The position numbers and the translations under genes are program-made. 64,000 nucleotides of DNA from NCBI GenBank assembly GCA_964016885.1, contig OZ024748.1:10664001-10728000 (forward strand), read 5' to 3'. Within the stretch, counting starts at the first letter, position 1, and each line of letters opens with the position of its first letter. Below the pieces are notes generated by a model. It had not been told where the DNA came from and searched no databases. It was given only the letters and a program-made list of their open reading frames with translations. The stretch is from Eledone cirrhosa (lineage: Eukaryota). Below, piece after piece: positions 14,801 to 29,800 of the stretch.

Positions 14801-17800
14801 GGTGTGCTGTGGTGTATTGCTGTTAAATGATTGTAATACTGTTTTCAGCCTGCACATTAAATGTGTGTGTGTATGTGTGTATATGCATGTGTGTGTGTAT
14901 TATACATATATGTATATTCATATGTATATGTATGTTTATTTGCTTTTCAAAGCTGTTTCTTTATATTTGAAGACTGGGTAAACATTTATTGTCTAACTCT
15001 GCTATGTCTGTCTGTATCTCTCTATTTCTCTCTCTCTCTCTCATCCTCTATCCCCTCTCTCTCTCTGTCAGCCTATATGTAACTTCTATCCTTATGTTTC
15101 TATTCAACTCTATTTAAAAGCTCCCAATAAACTAAGTATAATGGAACTACAACATTTAAATCCAGATCACAATTCTATAATACGCAGCAATCTTATCTCT
15201 GAGGTAAAAACTTTAATTTTTTTTATCAACTGTTTCTGTTTCTTCCTTTTCCACAATTCCAATCTGAATTATGGTTTGTTTACTTTATCAAGGTGTTCAG
15301 ACTATTGTTATTGCAAGTAATAAGACACACTGGTTTATAAGCTGTACAGGCTCATAACATGCAACAATGTATAAGACGTATGGGTTTCTCAGACATATTG
15401 ATTTATCAAACGCACTTATGTATATGACACACCTGTGTATAAGATGCAATGGTTTATGAGGCGCTCTGGCGTATAAGACACACTGGTGTATAAGATGCCT
15501 TTGTGTATAAGACTCACCAGTGTATAAGCTGGACAGGCTCATAGAATGCAACAATGTATAAGACGTATGGGTTTCAGACATATTGATTTATCAAGTGCAC
15601 TGGTGTATATGATGCACCTGTGTATAAGAGATACTGATGTATAAGGCACACTGGTGTATAGGACACACTGAGTCCCTACCGTAATAATTCTTCAGAGTGT
15701 CGTTGGTATTAACTGTTTGTTTTTAAATCCTTTTATTAATTTAGAGCATTCCTTCATGTGGAGACAGTAAAGTCGACCAAACTAGTTACTACCAACAAAC
15801 ACCGCTGTCCATTAGTAACCAATCATCTGTGGTAAACTCTAAAGAAAATAGTAAGTATCTGAGACTTCTTGAACACTTGCTTATATAATAACATAATGGA
15901 GTCAAATGACTCAGCTAAATAATTCTGTTTCCTGGTAAGATTCTGAGAGATTTAGTTTCATGAATATGATTAATTTAGTTGATTGGTATTATAATCTCTC
16001 TTAACCCTTTAGCATTTAAACTGGCCGCATCTGACCAGAATTCTCTCGCCTCTTTCTGTTCAAACCGGCTGTAACTGGCCACTCATAACAACATTAAGAT
16101 ATTGTTTTCAAAATAAATAACATTAAAATCTCGTAGATTCAATATTATGTGAGATATTATGTAAGATAAAGACTTTACTGTGAAAATACAATAGTAAATA
16201 TAAAGTAATGTAAATGTTAAAGGGTTAAAAATATACCTTTCAGCTCCCAGAGGTGTAGAGAAGTTCCCAGTGTTTCCGGCCAAGTCTAATATATATACAG
16301 CCACCACACCAGCTCTGGTCACTGCTGTGTGTCATCTACTCCATAATTTGGTCATTCTCTCACCTCAAGACACAATGGAGTCTTTAACAAACCATCGCAT
16401 TCCGGACTCTCTTATAGCGTAAGTTGATCAAATTTCATTCCATACTCCATTTCTTTTTATTAACCTACTTAGTGTTGTTGTTGTTGTTGTTGTTTTTGCT
16501 GTTGTTGCTCTTACTTTTGTTGTTACTGTTGTTACTGTTGCTGTTGTTACTGTTGTTGTTATCACTGTTGTTATTGCTGCTGTTGTTGTTATTACTGCTG
16601 TAGTTGTTGTTGTTGTTACTGCTGTAGTTGTCGTTGTTGCTGCTGTTGTTGTTGCTGTTGTTATCGCTACTGCTGCTGTTGTTGTTACTGTTGTTATTGC
16701 TGTTGTTATTGTTATTGCTGCTGCTGTTGTTGTTACTGTTCGTATTGCTGCTGTTATTAGGGCATAGGTCAGCTCTGCATTTCAGCCATAACTAACAACA
16801 GCAATTAGCAACATGTTTCTAACAACTACAACAAGAACTACTACCACTAATAACAACCACAACAACAACAACAATCACAACAACCAACACCACAAGAACA
16901 ACTGACATGTTTGTTCTAAACATCTCTATTTCAGTTTGTTAGACAGTGAGTTACTGGAAGAGAACATCTGTTGTTGTGAGTCAAGTACTGATGTTAGTTG
17001 TGGTTCAGTAGAACTCCTCACCCAACAACTACTGGAGATGCACTGTGCTATAATTAAATTGATGGAGACATCTTCCATTGAGTGGGTAACATTTCGAAAG
17101 AGTCTTCTCCATAATACCTCCTTCCTTTCAGAACTTATTCGACTGCTTCAAGTTTCTTCACCACAAGGTAACTTTGGAAAAAACATTTTCTTTACTCTCG
17201 TTTATTCTGTTTTTGTTGTTGTTGTTACTGGTTTTGTTGTTAGTATTGTTGGTGGTGTTGTTGATGTAGGTGATGGTGTTGTTGATGTAGGTGGTGGTGG
17301 TGGTGGTGATGTTGTTGATGGTGCTGGTTTTGGTGGTGGTGGTGGTGGTGTTGTTGATGGTGCTGGTTTTGGTGGTGGTGTTGTTGTTAGTGGGCATGAT
17401 TGTGGTGGGGGTGAGCGTTGTTGTTGATAGTGGTGGTGGTGCGTTCTGCATGAATATTTATATATTTATTAAGTTGTTTTCAAAAAAAATTATTCTTTCT
17501 TCCTTTACCAGAGTTCCATGCTACACATGTGATCTGTCAAACAATGTATCAGAAAGTCTTCTCATTACTCTCCACATTTCTACAACTAGAAGGTTCTGTG
17601 GCACTTGATGCATTTGCTGGGATTTTTGAAGAGAACTGGACTATTCTATTTGGTAACTATAACAATATTTATCATCATCATCATCATCATTGCTGAGTGA
17701 ACCCTGTAAAAAAATGCTCCCAGCACACTCTGTAAAGTAGTAATGCTGTCTGTCTTGAGCCTGAAGGTTCATCAAACCAGTGCTTATTCCAGTCCACACT

Positions 17801-20800
17801 ATAAAGTGGTCGTGTTGGTGACATGACAAAAAACAACCAGTCCACCCTGTAAAGTGGTTGTGTTAGTGATATGACAAAAGCACCCAGTCCACCCTGTAAA
17901 GTGGTCATGTTGGTGCCATGATAAAAAGCACCCAGTCCACACTGTAAAGTGGTTGTTTTGGTGCCATGATAAAAAGCACCCAGCCCACCCTGTAAAGTGG
18001 TTGTTTTGGTGCCATGATAAAAAGCACCCAGCCCACCCTGTAAAGTGGTTGTTTTGGTGCCATGATAAAAAGCACCCAGTCCACACTGTAAAGTGGTTGT
18101 TTTGGTGCCATGATAAAAAGCACCCAGCCCACCCTGTAAAGTGGTTGTTTTGGTGTCATGATAAAAAGCACCCAGCCCACCCTGTAAAGTGGTTGTTTTG
18201 GTGCCATGATAAAAAGCACCCAGTCCACACTGTAAAGTGGTTGTTTTGGTGCCATGATAAAAAGCACCCAGTCCACACTGTAAATGTGGTTGGCATTAGG
18301 AAGGGCCTCCAGCCGTAGAAACCTAGCTAAAAACAGTTCTGTATGAGCAAGACACGGTCATCTGATCTGATTTGACTCACAACAGGACAACTTGTCTAAC
18401 CCATGCTAGCATGGAAAAATGGATGTTAAACGTTGATGCTGATGATGCTTATCAGAACATTTTCATTGCAAGAAATGTCTCTTATTTTCAGGTTGTATTG
18501 AATACACGTTGTTAGAAAAACAGAACCAGTGTTTACAAGAAAGCTGTTTAATGTTTCTGGTCCACCTATTTGCTGAAGAAGGGAAAATGCAGAACAAAAC
18601 CCTGAAGAAAGAAGCTATAGATAACCGAATTATAAAAAGTCTTCTAGATGACACAGTTCCATCTTCTTCCAAACGATGTATGTTATTCTTCTAAGTAATC
18701 TCTTAACTCTTTCAATACCAACTTCTCTAGTTCTATCGTACAGAACCAGTTTTAGGGCTCTGCACACAAACAAATCCCAGGACTTCCAGTGTTGTAACAC
18801 CTTTTTCTATTATTTAGTTTAATAAAAACAAAATGAAAAACCTTGCTTGAAAAATTATTTTCTTTGGTAACTAAATATACTGGCACACTTCCTTGAGCAG
18901 GAAAAACCCACAAGGATACACAAATTGCATTATAATGTTGTTTTAACTCTTTAGCATTTACACTACTCTATATTTACTATTATATTTTTGTGGTAAAGGC
19001 TTTACCTTACATAATTATCTCACATAATATCGAATCTACGAGATTTCGATATTATTTATTTGAAAACAATACCTTAACATCACTACGAATGGCCAGTTAT
19101 GGCTGGTTTGAACAAAAAGAGGTGAGAGAATTATGGCCGGTTTAAATGATAAAGGGTTAATATTATCCTAATATTACAAATTCTTTTTCAGGTGATGCAG
19201 ATAAAAATACAACTTCAGGCTCTTTACTTTGTGACATTCTTATGAAAATACATGAGATGGTTATTTCCAAACTTGGCGATGAGTTGGTTCATCTTTCAGG
19301 CAATGTCTTGAAATGCTTACTGGCTATAAGTTCTTCTGCCAAGAATACAGCACTGAAAGGTAAATAAACTCTTTTGTTTTCTGTTATACAGGAAGCATCA
19401 TCATCATCATCTTCATCATCATCATTTAATGTTTGTCTTCCTTGCTAGCAAGGGTTAGACATGTCTTAACAGACTGAGTCAGTACTCAAGCAGAGCTACT
19501 GATCTCTTAGATGGACTGGAGGCTTAAATCTCACTTATATATACTAAGTACATTTCATTGTGACACCAATATTTTGGAGGTTATGTCTTCCACATATCTG
19601 AAGACTCCTATCACCAACCTCTTTACACAGTTACTAGGCGTATTTATCGTGCAGATCACCAACACTAGAGACATTGTCATGCTTTTTAAAATAAAACAAA
19701 AAAATAGCTAGATGTGGTTCTCCTCCCAGCCTAGTTTAAGACTATGACAACCTGTCCAACCCATGACAGCATGGAAAGCAGGTATGGGTTGATGATGATA
19801 GGGTTTATTCTGTTATGTTGTTGTTGTTGTAGGTGGAATGGTAGAAAGTATGGTACAACACCTGAAAGAGTGGCATGCCAAGTTGAATCTGGCATTTCTA
19901 CAGTCAAAGAAAAACTCTACGAGAAAGAAACAGGTTTGTATAGAATTTGTATATGAGGGTTTTGGTCGTGGTGGTGGTGGGAGTGATGGGGTGATGTTGG
20001 TGAGGTCAGTGATGGTGGTGGTGGTGGTGGTGGTATTAGTGGGTGTAGTGTTGCAGTTTATGTTGGTGGGGGTAGTGGCAGTGGTGGTGTTACAGAAGGG
20101 TGGTGGTGGTGGTGGCAGTTGTGGTAGTGAGTTCTTGGAATTCTGTTTCACTGCTACCTAACAGGTCAATGTCACTAGCAAATCACAGGTTGGAAATAGG
20201 CCATCCTTCAATGGAAATAGAAGTGTGGAAGTCTTGGAGTGTCTCTTGCATGATGTTTTTCAGGAAGATGTTGAATTCCCACTGTTGACCTGAAGAATTT
20301 TCCAATGTTGTTATTCAGGAGGACTGCCCTGTTTGAGTTGTGATATAGTGCTTTGATTACTTGAATGAGGTTGATGTCAAAGTTATAATCCTTCATTGCC
20401 TTTTTAACCCTTTAGCATTTAAACTGGCTGTATCCAGTCATAATTCTTTCACCTCTTTCTGTTCAAACTGGCCGTAACCGGCTACTCATGCTTATGGTAT
20501 TGTTCTCAAAATAAATAATATCAAAATCTTGTAAGTTCGATATTATGTGAGATAATTATGTGAGGTAAAGTGTTTACTGTGAAAATACAATAGTAAATAT
20601 AGAGTAATGTAAATATTAAAGGGTTAACAACTATAAATGCCATTGATTAACTTTAATTGTTCCAGTAATAGCAATTGATATATCTTCATCTTGTTTTTCT
20701 AGACAGAATCAATACTACAAGATGTCCAGTTGGCCTTCCATATATTGACCAACTTGGCTACACACAACCAAGAAGCAAAGGTAAATTTATTATTATTATA

Positions 20801-23800
20801 TAGGATAGAACAATGGATTGGCAATAATTGGTAGGGCGTCAGACAACGTTTTGCAGCATAGTTATGGCCCTTTACATTTTGAGTTCAAATCCCACCAAAG
20901 TTAGCTTTGCCTTTCACAGTGTTTATCAAATAAAGTACCAGTAACGCACTGGGGTCGATTTAACCGACTTTGCTCTCTTTCAAAATTGTTGGTCTTGTGC
21001 CTAAATCAGAAACCATTTTTATTATTTTTATTTGTTGTTGTTATTGTTTTCAGTTGGTGTGTCAGAGCAGTTATCTCCCTCAAATAGTCCACTCGATATG
21101 GTGCTGGTGTCTGGAAGATAAACAACTTCTATGTTCAGCAGTCGGCCTGCTTACCTCTTACACAGCCAACTGTCCTAAAGGTAAGTTGTTTTAAGTTAAC
21201 CCTTTTTATATCAGTTCACCTGAAACTGGCCCTGGTTTTATAATATAGATCTGCTCCTTTGAAAATTTTCACTCTTATATTAAAACCTTTCATCATAATT
21301 TTATGCAAGAATTTTTTAAGTAATACTCCAATCATTAACTTAATCCTTTTGATACCAAACCATAATTTTATTTAAGAACCTTTAAATTATGTTCCGAACA
21401 CCAACTTAATAATGAGGAAGGTAGTTATATTATTAAATTCCTCTAAATCCTTGATTATTTTCCAAAGGATTTGAAAGTTATACATAATATCCTTTTTGGA
21501 GGGAACCATTCTGATGAGAGGTGTGTGTGGAGAATAACATAAGAATGGTCTGAGCCACTCCAGTGAGAGGGGTGTCTGGAGCTGTCATAGTGATGACAGG
21601 ATGTTACAATTTTTTTTTTTGGCAGTGGTGTAACAAGGATGTGACAGTAATGTGTCTGATGTAGCAGTGTTATGACAGTGATATAACACTGATGTCACTG
21701 TGATGTAACAGGGATGGGACAGTGGTGTAACAGTTATGTGACAGCTGTGTAACAGGGATGTGACAGTGATGTGTTTGTAGTTGTGAAACACTGATGTGAC
21801 AGTGATGTTCTAATGATGTAATCTGTGTTACAGCCTGCAGTTCACTAGCGTACACTCACCCTGTAACACAAGGCAGTAGCTGCAGTATCATACCAAACCG
21901 GAACCAACTCAGTAACAATTCCTTGGTGCACTGTTTGGTCCATCTGTTGGCTTCAGAACCCACAAAAGACAACGGGGCGTTGATGACGTCAGTGTTCCAT
22001 TTGTTGTCAATATTAATGGTGTCGGGGGAATGTCGGAACATCCTTCTCAGGGTCAGTACAATAGTTTTTATATTTCATTTTCATCATCATCATTTAACAT
22101 CTGTTTTGCCTACCTGTATGGGTCAAGTCAATACATATTCAGAGCTACTGGCCCTTTCAGATGAGCCACGTCACCGCAACTAGCTTACATATCTTGTCAC
22201 ACTCGACTGAGTGCACTGGGTGCATTTTATCATAGTACCAACACTAGGGAGGTTGTCATGACCTTGACACCACTGAAAGGTCCTCTCTACCCTTTGTTTG
22301 GCAAGTTTTCTATGGCTGTATGCCCTTCCTATCACCAACTACTTTACAGAGTGTACTGGAGGCATTTTATCTTCTCCAAAATAAATCATTAGACAATCCT
22401 TTTCATTTAACTGTCAAATCCCGCCGAGGTTAGCTTTGACCTTCATCTTTACAGGGTCAATAAAATAAAGCACCAGTAATGCACTGGGGTCGATTTAATC
22501 AACTTTCACCTCTCCCCAATTTGCTGGTCTTGTGCCTATTGTAGAAATGATTATTTAACCTATTTTATAATGATGTTGATGTTATATTTGACTGGCTTCT
22601 GTATATTCTCTGTCTATCAAATTTCACTCCCAAGGCATTGGTTAACCTGAGGCTAGATTAGAAGATACTTGCCCAAGGAGGCACTGAACCAATGTAAAGA
22701 GAACTCCTTAACTACTCAGCCATACTTGAACCTATATATGCCTGAATATACACAGATGCGATGGTCATATATGGAATGTCTTTAACAGGAGTTTAACAAA
22801 AACAAAAACAACAAAAGAATAGTAAACAAAATGTTCTAATATTATTTTCTCCTCTCCTACCCACAGGTGAACTTCCTGAATGATTTTGCTAACATCACAG
22901 TGAAGAAGACAAAGAGAAAACTAGACCAACGGAACAGTTACGATGTGGAGTTATGCTGGTTGGATCTGTTCCGTTCCCTGTCCTTCTCCGATGAAGGTCA
23001 ATTGATGATATTCAAAATCAAAGGTAAGACATGAAAAAGTTAAAAAGAATTCACAAGTGGTTAATGGGTTTTGCTTTTTGCTATTCAACCACATGACTTG
23101 AAGTTGACACCTACTGTATAGTAGTAGTAGTAGTAGTAGCAACTCTTTTCTACTATAGCTTTCGGTTTACAAATGCCTTGTGAAGGAAATTTCATTGGGC
23201 AAAAGCCCATTATATATATATATTATCATCATCATCATCATCGTTTAACGTCCATATTCCACGCTCGCATGGGTTTGGACGGAAGTTTTCCCACTTGAGG
23301 CAAGAGTGGTTGTCTTGCTCGCATAGGACTGGCTGGCGGGTTTTCTACGGCTGGATGCCCTTCCTAACACCAACGACATTTACAGTGTGGAACTGGGAGG
23401 TTTTTACCGTGTTACCTACACGGCCACATTACAGCGTGGACTGTGTATTTTTTTGTCGTGACACCTACACGACCTCATTTGTTTCAGGCTGGATGTTGTG
23501 GTACCAACATAACTTTACATTGAAAGGGGTGGTGTGGATGGGACGGGGGTGTATTTTGTTAGAGGTGCCTACTGACTGTAGTAGGTTTCATTTTGCACTT
23601 AGGTAAGGCGGGTCTTCTCTATTACTGTGTAGCGCCAAAGATCTCGGTCCAGTGACATTGTCTTGGAGAGGTGTGTGTGTGAGGTCGGAATTTATCAAGT
23701 CGTCCCAGGTTTTTCTGGGTCTGCCTACTCCGTGGCTACTGTCTATTTTTATTGCCCTGCACTTTTTTATACAGTTGTCATCTTTCATGCACATCACGTG

Positions 23801-26800
23801 ACCATACCAACGTAGTCTTCTCTCGAGTAAACAACATCTGATCCCTCTTATTTCTAATTTCTCCCTTAGTTCGTTTATGCTTTGCCGTTCACGTATATCA
23901 CTATTACACATCCAGCGGAGCATGCAAGCTTCGTTTCTCTCCAGTCTGCGTATATCCTCTGCACACAATGCCCAGGTCTCACTGCCATGTAACATTGCTG
24001 TTCGTATGCAGGCATCATACAGCCTGTCTTTCATTTTCAGAGAGAACCTTTTAGCGGCCAATAGTGGTATAAGCTCTCTGAACTTTTTCCATCCCATTCT
24101 GACTCTAGCTACTGTACTTTCAGAGCACCCTCCCCCACTGCTGATTTTGTCACCCAGGTAACGGAAGCTGTCCACTATTTCTATAGAACCATATATATTA
24201 TATACATATATTATATTATATATATATATATAATGAGAGAGAGAGCGAATTAATCTAGATGAAATGCAGTTCGGGTTTGTGTCGGGTAAAAGTACCACAG
24301 ACGTTCTTTTCATTGTACGACAACTACAGGAGAAGTACCTAGCTAAAAGTAAACCCCTCTACTTAGCTTTTGTAGACCTGGAGAAAGCCTTTGACAGAGT
24401 CCCCCACTCCATTATCTGGTGGGCTCTTAGAAAACTAGGTGTAGATGAATGGCTTGTTAGAGCTATACAAGCCATGTATAAAGAAACAGTCAGCAAGGTT
24501 AGAATTAACAATGAATATAGTGAAGAGTTTAGCGTAAAAATTGTTCATCAGGGCTCCGTCCTTAGCCCCCTACTATTTATTATTGCCCTTCAGGCTATAA
24601 CAGAGGAGTTCAAGACCGGCTGCCCATGGGAACTCCTATACGCAGATGATCTAATGCTCATAGCTGAATCAATGGCCGAACTAGAGAAGAAATTCCAAAT
24701 ATGGAAGCATGGCCTAGAATCAAAAGGCCTTAAAATTAACCTGTCTAAGACAAAAGTTCTAGTTTGTAGGAAGGAAAATAGGGCACCAGTCCCATCTGGG
24801 AAATGGCCATGCTTAGTGTGTAGGAAAGGAATAGGTAGAAACTCCATTTTATGTCCCAAATGCAAAGTATGGGTGCATAAAAGATGTAGTGGGATCACAG
24901 GTAAGCTAACTAAGAACATAGATTTTATATGTGGCCGGTGCTCAGGTGCAACAAGTAGCAACAAGTGCCCACAGAATACTAGCTCATTCCATTGCACAGA
25001 TGGTTCTATAGAAATAGTGGACACCTTATAACAATATATATAATATATACAATTACACGCAAAGACAAAACCACGTTTATGGTATAAAAGAAGTCGTAGA
25101 CTAATATTCTATTAGGTGGTTCATAGAGACGTTCTCTTGCAATGTCTTTGCGTGTAATTGTTTTTCACCGCTCCAAATAATGACGTATTATATTAGTTTT
25201 TTCCCGTTCTTTGCCAGGGAACTTTTCCACGAACCAAAGTATCGCCTTCTTGTATTCCTCCGGTTGCAACGTTTTTTTGAAATATTCACTTCTGCGTTCA
25301 CAGATTGACTTTTAGTTTCAGATCCCGTTAAGGGTGAAAGCAGTGATTCTTTGCTTAAACTTTAATCTGTTATTTTAATAAATATTTGCTCTACGGTTCT
25401 TATATATTTGAATGGCATCGCTGTTTTAGATGGGTTGGAAAACCACATCTTACAGATATATATGATTAAAGAGGAACCTTTCAAAATGGTTGGATGTTGG
25501 GGAGGGGATGTTTCATAGAACCAAGAGCAGTTTTGAGTGGTTTGGTGTCAAAAGTGTTAAATTGAATAATATTGTTAGAAAATAGATATTTGGAAAGATA
25601 AAAAAAAAATACAATAAAAAACAGACACATATTTGGTTTTATTAGGAAAAAAAAAAAATAATTTATTGCATAAGCATAGAACTTTTGAGAGTTTATAGAG
25701 AAATGAGAAGTTGTGATAATCATCCATGTCTTAATATTTTATCTAATGTCATTAGAGATATGAGGTGAAGAAGTGGTCGTGGTGGTCTTAACAAGGAATC
25801 AAAATTGGGTTGCGGGGAGGTCGAGCATTAATTTTGATTCACCTGAAGTGACACAACTCACCAACCACAGCACAATATAATAATAATAATAATAATAATA
25901 ATTTCTTTAAATAATGACAACTTAACACTGTACAATAATAATAATAATAAGTTTCTTGCATTGGCAAAAAAAACTCTTTGTATTTTTAGAGGAGGTAGGA
26001 AACGAGAACTAGTGATTTTTATGCCTTTTCCCAAGGGACATTTAGCTACATCCTTGAAGTGGCTGTACAATAATAATAAAAATAACATAAATATTTACAT
26101 AAAATAGAGAAACAGAAAAAAAAAAAATGCATCCTTTTATGGCGAGATTCTGCCATTAGAATGGTTTATGAAGAAAAGCTGTGGAAAATAAAAGAATTTT
26201 TAGAATTCACTGTTAAATTTTGAACATTTTATTATTTTTCTTCATCTGTAATAAGGTTTCTCTGATGTCATTTCGGCATAATTTTATATTAACTAGTGAT
26301 ATGTTGTTTTTTTTAATGGGAAATTCAGTATTTTATGCTTGTTTGTAATTTCTTAGCATTTCAAACATTCAGGCCAATTGATATGATATGCATGACTATA
26401 TTTTTTGTTTATGGTCATGCTCCAGTATGGTCACAGGCTTTAAAACATGTAAAACAACAGCCAGACTGAGTTTATTAGGTTTATAAGGACTGTGTGCTCT
26501 ATCTGTTTAAGTTAGTCATATACAGACACACTTGGCTTCTATAATGATGGTGCTGTATGTTTTTATGTTGGTTATACACAGCCAAACTGGGTTACTGTAA
26601 ATATTGGGGTGTATTGTTTTTCAAGTTGGTATTAGCTTTAGCAAACTTGCATGTATTTGGCTTAGATACACTGTATTCCTGCATGTCCTAATATGTGATT
26701 AATAGAGATGGTGCCAAGAATGACATTTGGTTGTAAAACATTGCCTGTGAAAGACAGTATGATGAGTATAAAGCTTGTTATGAGGCCCACAAGGTTACTC

Positions 26801-29800
26801 CTTGCTTTAATAGTGAAAATAGATTTTAACCTTGGCAGAATTTCATCATCATCATTTAACATTAGCTTTCCCTGCTCGAAGGGTTGGATGAGTATAGATA
26901 GACCAAGTCTGTACTGAAGTGGGGCTACTGACCTCCCAGACAGGCTGTGTGGTTAAGTAGTTTGCTTCTTAAGCACATGGTTTTGGGTCCAGCTCACTAC
27001 TGTGGCACCTTGGACAAATGTCTTTTACTTCAGCTTCAGGGTGACCAATGGTTATGATTGTATTTAGTAGACAGAAACTGTAAGGAAGTATATATATATT
27101 GCTCACTAATTAACTATTGTGTACACTCAATGATAGTCTGCACCTTCTCACTTGCTAGTTTATTATCTCATTGAGTGGGTAGTGGCTGGAGATCACTGAA
27201 ATCAATTTGGTGTCCATCTTATACTTTATATATATAAAGTCTGTGGTGCCAAGATCAGGGAGTACTCTATGCATGGGAAGAAGCAGAGTGGGTATAAAGG
27301 AAGTTAAAACCCCGACTGCAATGCCTTGTGGTTTCAGTTTGTATTCAGCAAGCTTTTTCATAGGTGTATATATAATTGTTTCTACTTTTGGCACAAGGCC
27401 AGCAATTACCCAATACATTACTGGTACTTTATTTTATCGACCCCGTAAGGATGAAAGGCAAAGTTAACCTCGGCGGGATTTGAACTCATCGTAAAAGGAC
27501 GTAACTATGCTGGAAAGCATAGCGTCCGACTCTCTACTGATCTGCTTAAATTATGTGTACGTGTCAGTTTATCACATGCTTGCTTTAAATATTGTTGATA
27601 TGAAGATGCAATTCTGCATCTTTATGCCCCATAGCATAGCAAATGGATAAAGACGAACTGTACATACATTTTTTAGTAACAGGGCCATTAGAAAACTGTC
27701 TCAAGAAGTCTCATCCAACCCATACAGGCATGGAAAACTGGATGCAAAAATGATGATGATGCTATAGAAATGTTAACAAGTTAAACATTTAACCCTTTAG
27801 CATTTACATTACTTTGTATTTACTATTGTATTTTCATGGTAAAGGCTTCGTCTTACATAATTATCTCGCATATCAAATCTATGAGATTTTGATATTATTT
27901 ATTTTGAGAACAATACCTTAATTATCAGTAAGAGTGGCCGGTTACAGCCGGTTTGGACAGAAAAAGGTGAGAGAATTCTGGCCGGATACAGCTGGTTTAA
28001 ATACAAAGCTATTGCAGTGATGTATTTGTAGGAATTATATCCATATATTTAGCGAGACCTTAGGAGTCCTCATGAAGTTGTTCTTGCTATTGTTTAACTC
28101 TAGATCCTGCCATGACCATCCCTTTTAAGTTGTTTTTTCATTCTTTTTTTAGAACTACTCTTACTAATATCTCCTTTGTTTAACACTTGTAGCAGTGCTA
28201 GTCTTATATATCATATACTGGACTCAGTAACTTAGTAAAAAAACATTAGAGAGCTGAGATATATAGATATATATGAGAGTCCTGGGTTTAATCAGGGGAA
28301 GTCACAGTAATGTACTCAATTCATTAGTAGAGTGTAAACATCAAATTTAATATAGAAATGCCTTCTACAGGACTAGAACTGTTTCATTCAAAAGAAATGA
28401 TTTCTTTCGAATAAAACAGTTCTAGTCCTGTAGAAGCCATTTCTATATTAAATTATATATATATATAATTAGCCTAAAAATGTAATGCTTTTTTTTCTAC
28501 CGTTTTTTGACAATTAACCTAAAGTGTTTTTTGTTTTGTGGTTATAAAATCCTCCAAAAACACTCCAATGCTTAAAAGGATTAAGACAGTGGGGTTTAAT
28601 TTGTTGGATTGGCGGATTCATTAACGAGCCAGACAGGATTCTTTGCCATCTGTGGTTCCAACTCTGTGCGGTCTGAGTTCAAATCCTGCCTCCTGTCAGG
28701 GGAAAGGTGATGTTTATCCTTCCCCAGCAGGCTGATTTCTTGTGGGAATTGGCCTAAAAGACTAGCAAATAGTATATATATATCCCTTCCCAGCAGTCTA
28801 GCTTCTCGTGGGAAGTAATTGGCCTAAAAGACTAGAAGATAGCATACACCTTCCCTGGCAGGCTGACTTCTCGTGGGAAGTAATCAAACATTCTCAAACA
28901 CCGATTGAAATATGTTTATGACATTTCATACTCTGCTGTAAGTGGAAATAATGATTATAAGATTGGCTGCTATTTCTAACAAGTAGGGTGGCTGTATAGA
29001 ATCTACTTTGTTGCTTGACTTTTGGGAGTGTTAAATTGTAACTAAAGGTAGGATTTCTAACTGAAGCACAAGGCCAGCATTTTGTGGGGAGGGGAAGTTG
29101 ATTATATCAACCCCAGTATTTTACTGATAACTTATTTTATAAACCTCAGGATTTGAACTCAGAATCTAAAGAGCCGTGACTAAATTGCTCTAACAACTGT
29201 CATGCTTACCATTGTAACCAAAGATATAATATTAGGCTAATTATATAGCTGAGCCAAGAAATATATCTACAGCTTTGTTGTTGCTGCTGTTATATCTTAC
29301 TAAAGCACAATCATGTTTATCTCCCTTTCAGATTCAATAGAGAGATTACTGGACTTGTGTGGGAATGGTTCCACTGTCAGCCACCAGGAGAAAGCATTGT
29401 TGGTGATCAGAAATATCAGTTGTCATTCTTCAAACAAAAATAAACTCTTAACATACAGTAAGTATATCTTTTAAGTTGCTTTAATAAAAAATCTCTAGAG
29501 ATTGGATACGGCTGAGTGGTTTGGTTTAGGTGTGTGGCTTAGTGGTTAGGGTGTTGAGCTCATCATTGTATGGTCGTGAGTTCAATTCCCACCAGTGCAT
29601 TGTGCCATTGAGCAAGATACGTTACTCCTATTCACTCGATTGGAAAAAATGAGCTGTACCTGTAATTCGAAGGGCCAGCCTTATCAAACTATGTCATTCT
29701 GGATCTCCCTGAGAACTATATTAAGGGTACATGTTTTTGTGGATTGTTCAGCCACTCATACCTTAATTTCATGAACAGGCTGTCCTATTGATCAAACAGC

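Noticed and set aside
17799-18318. 16-aa repeat ORFs (WLFWCHDKKHP)
   Set aside because: Product of the 48-bp minisatellite.
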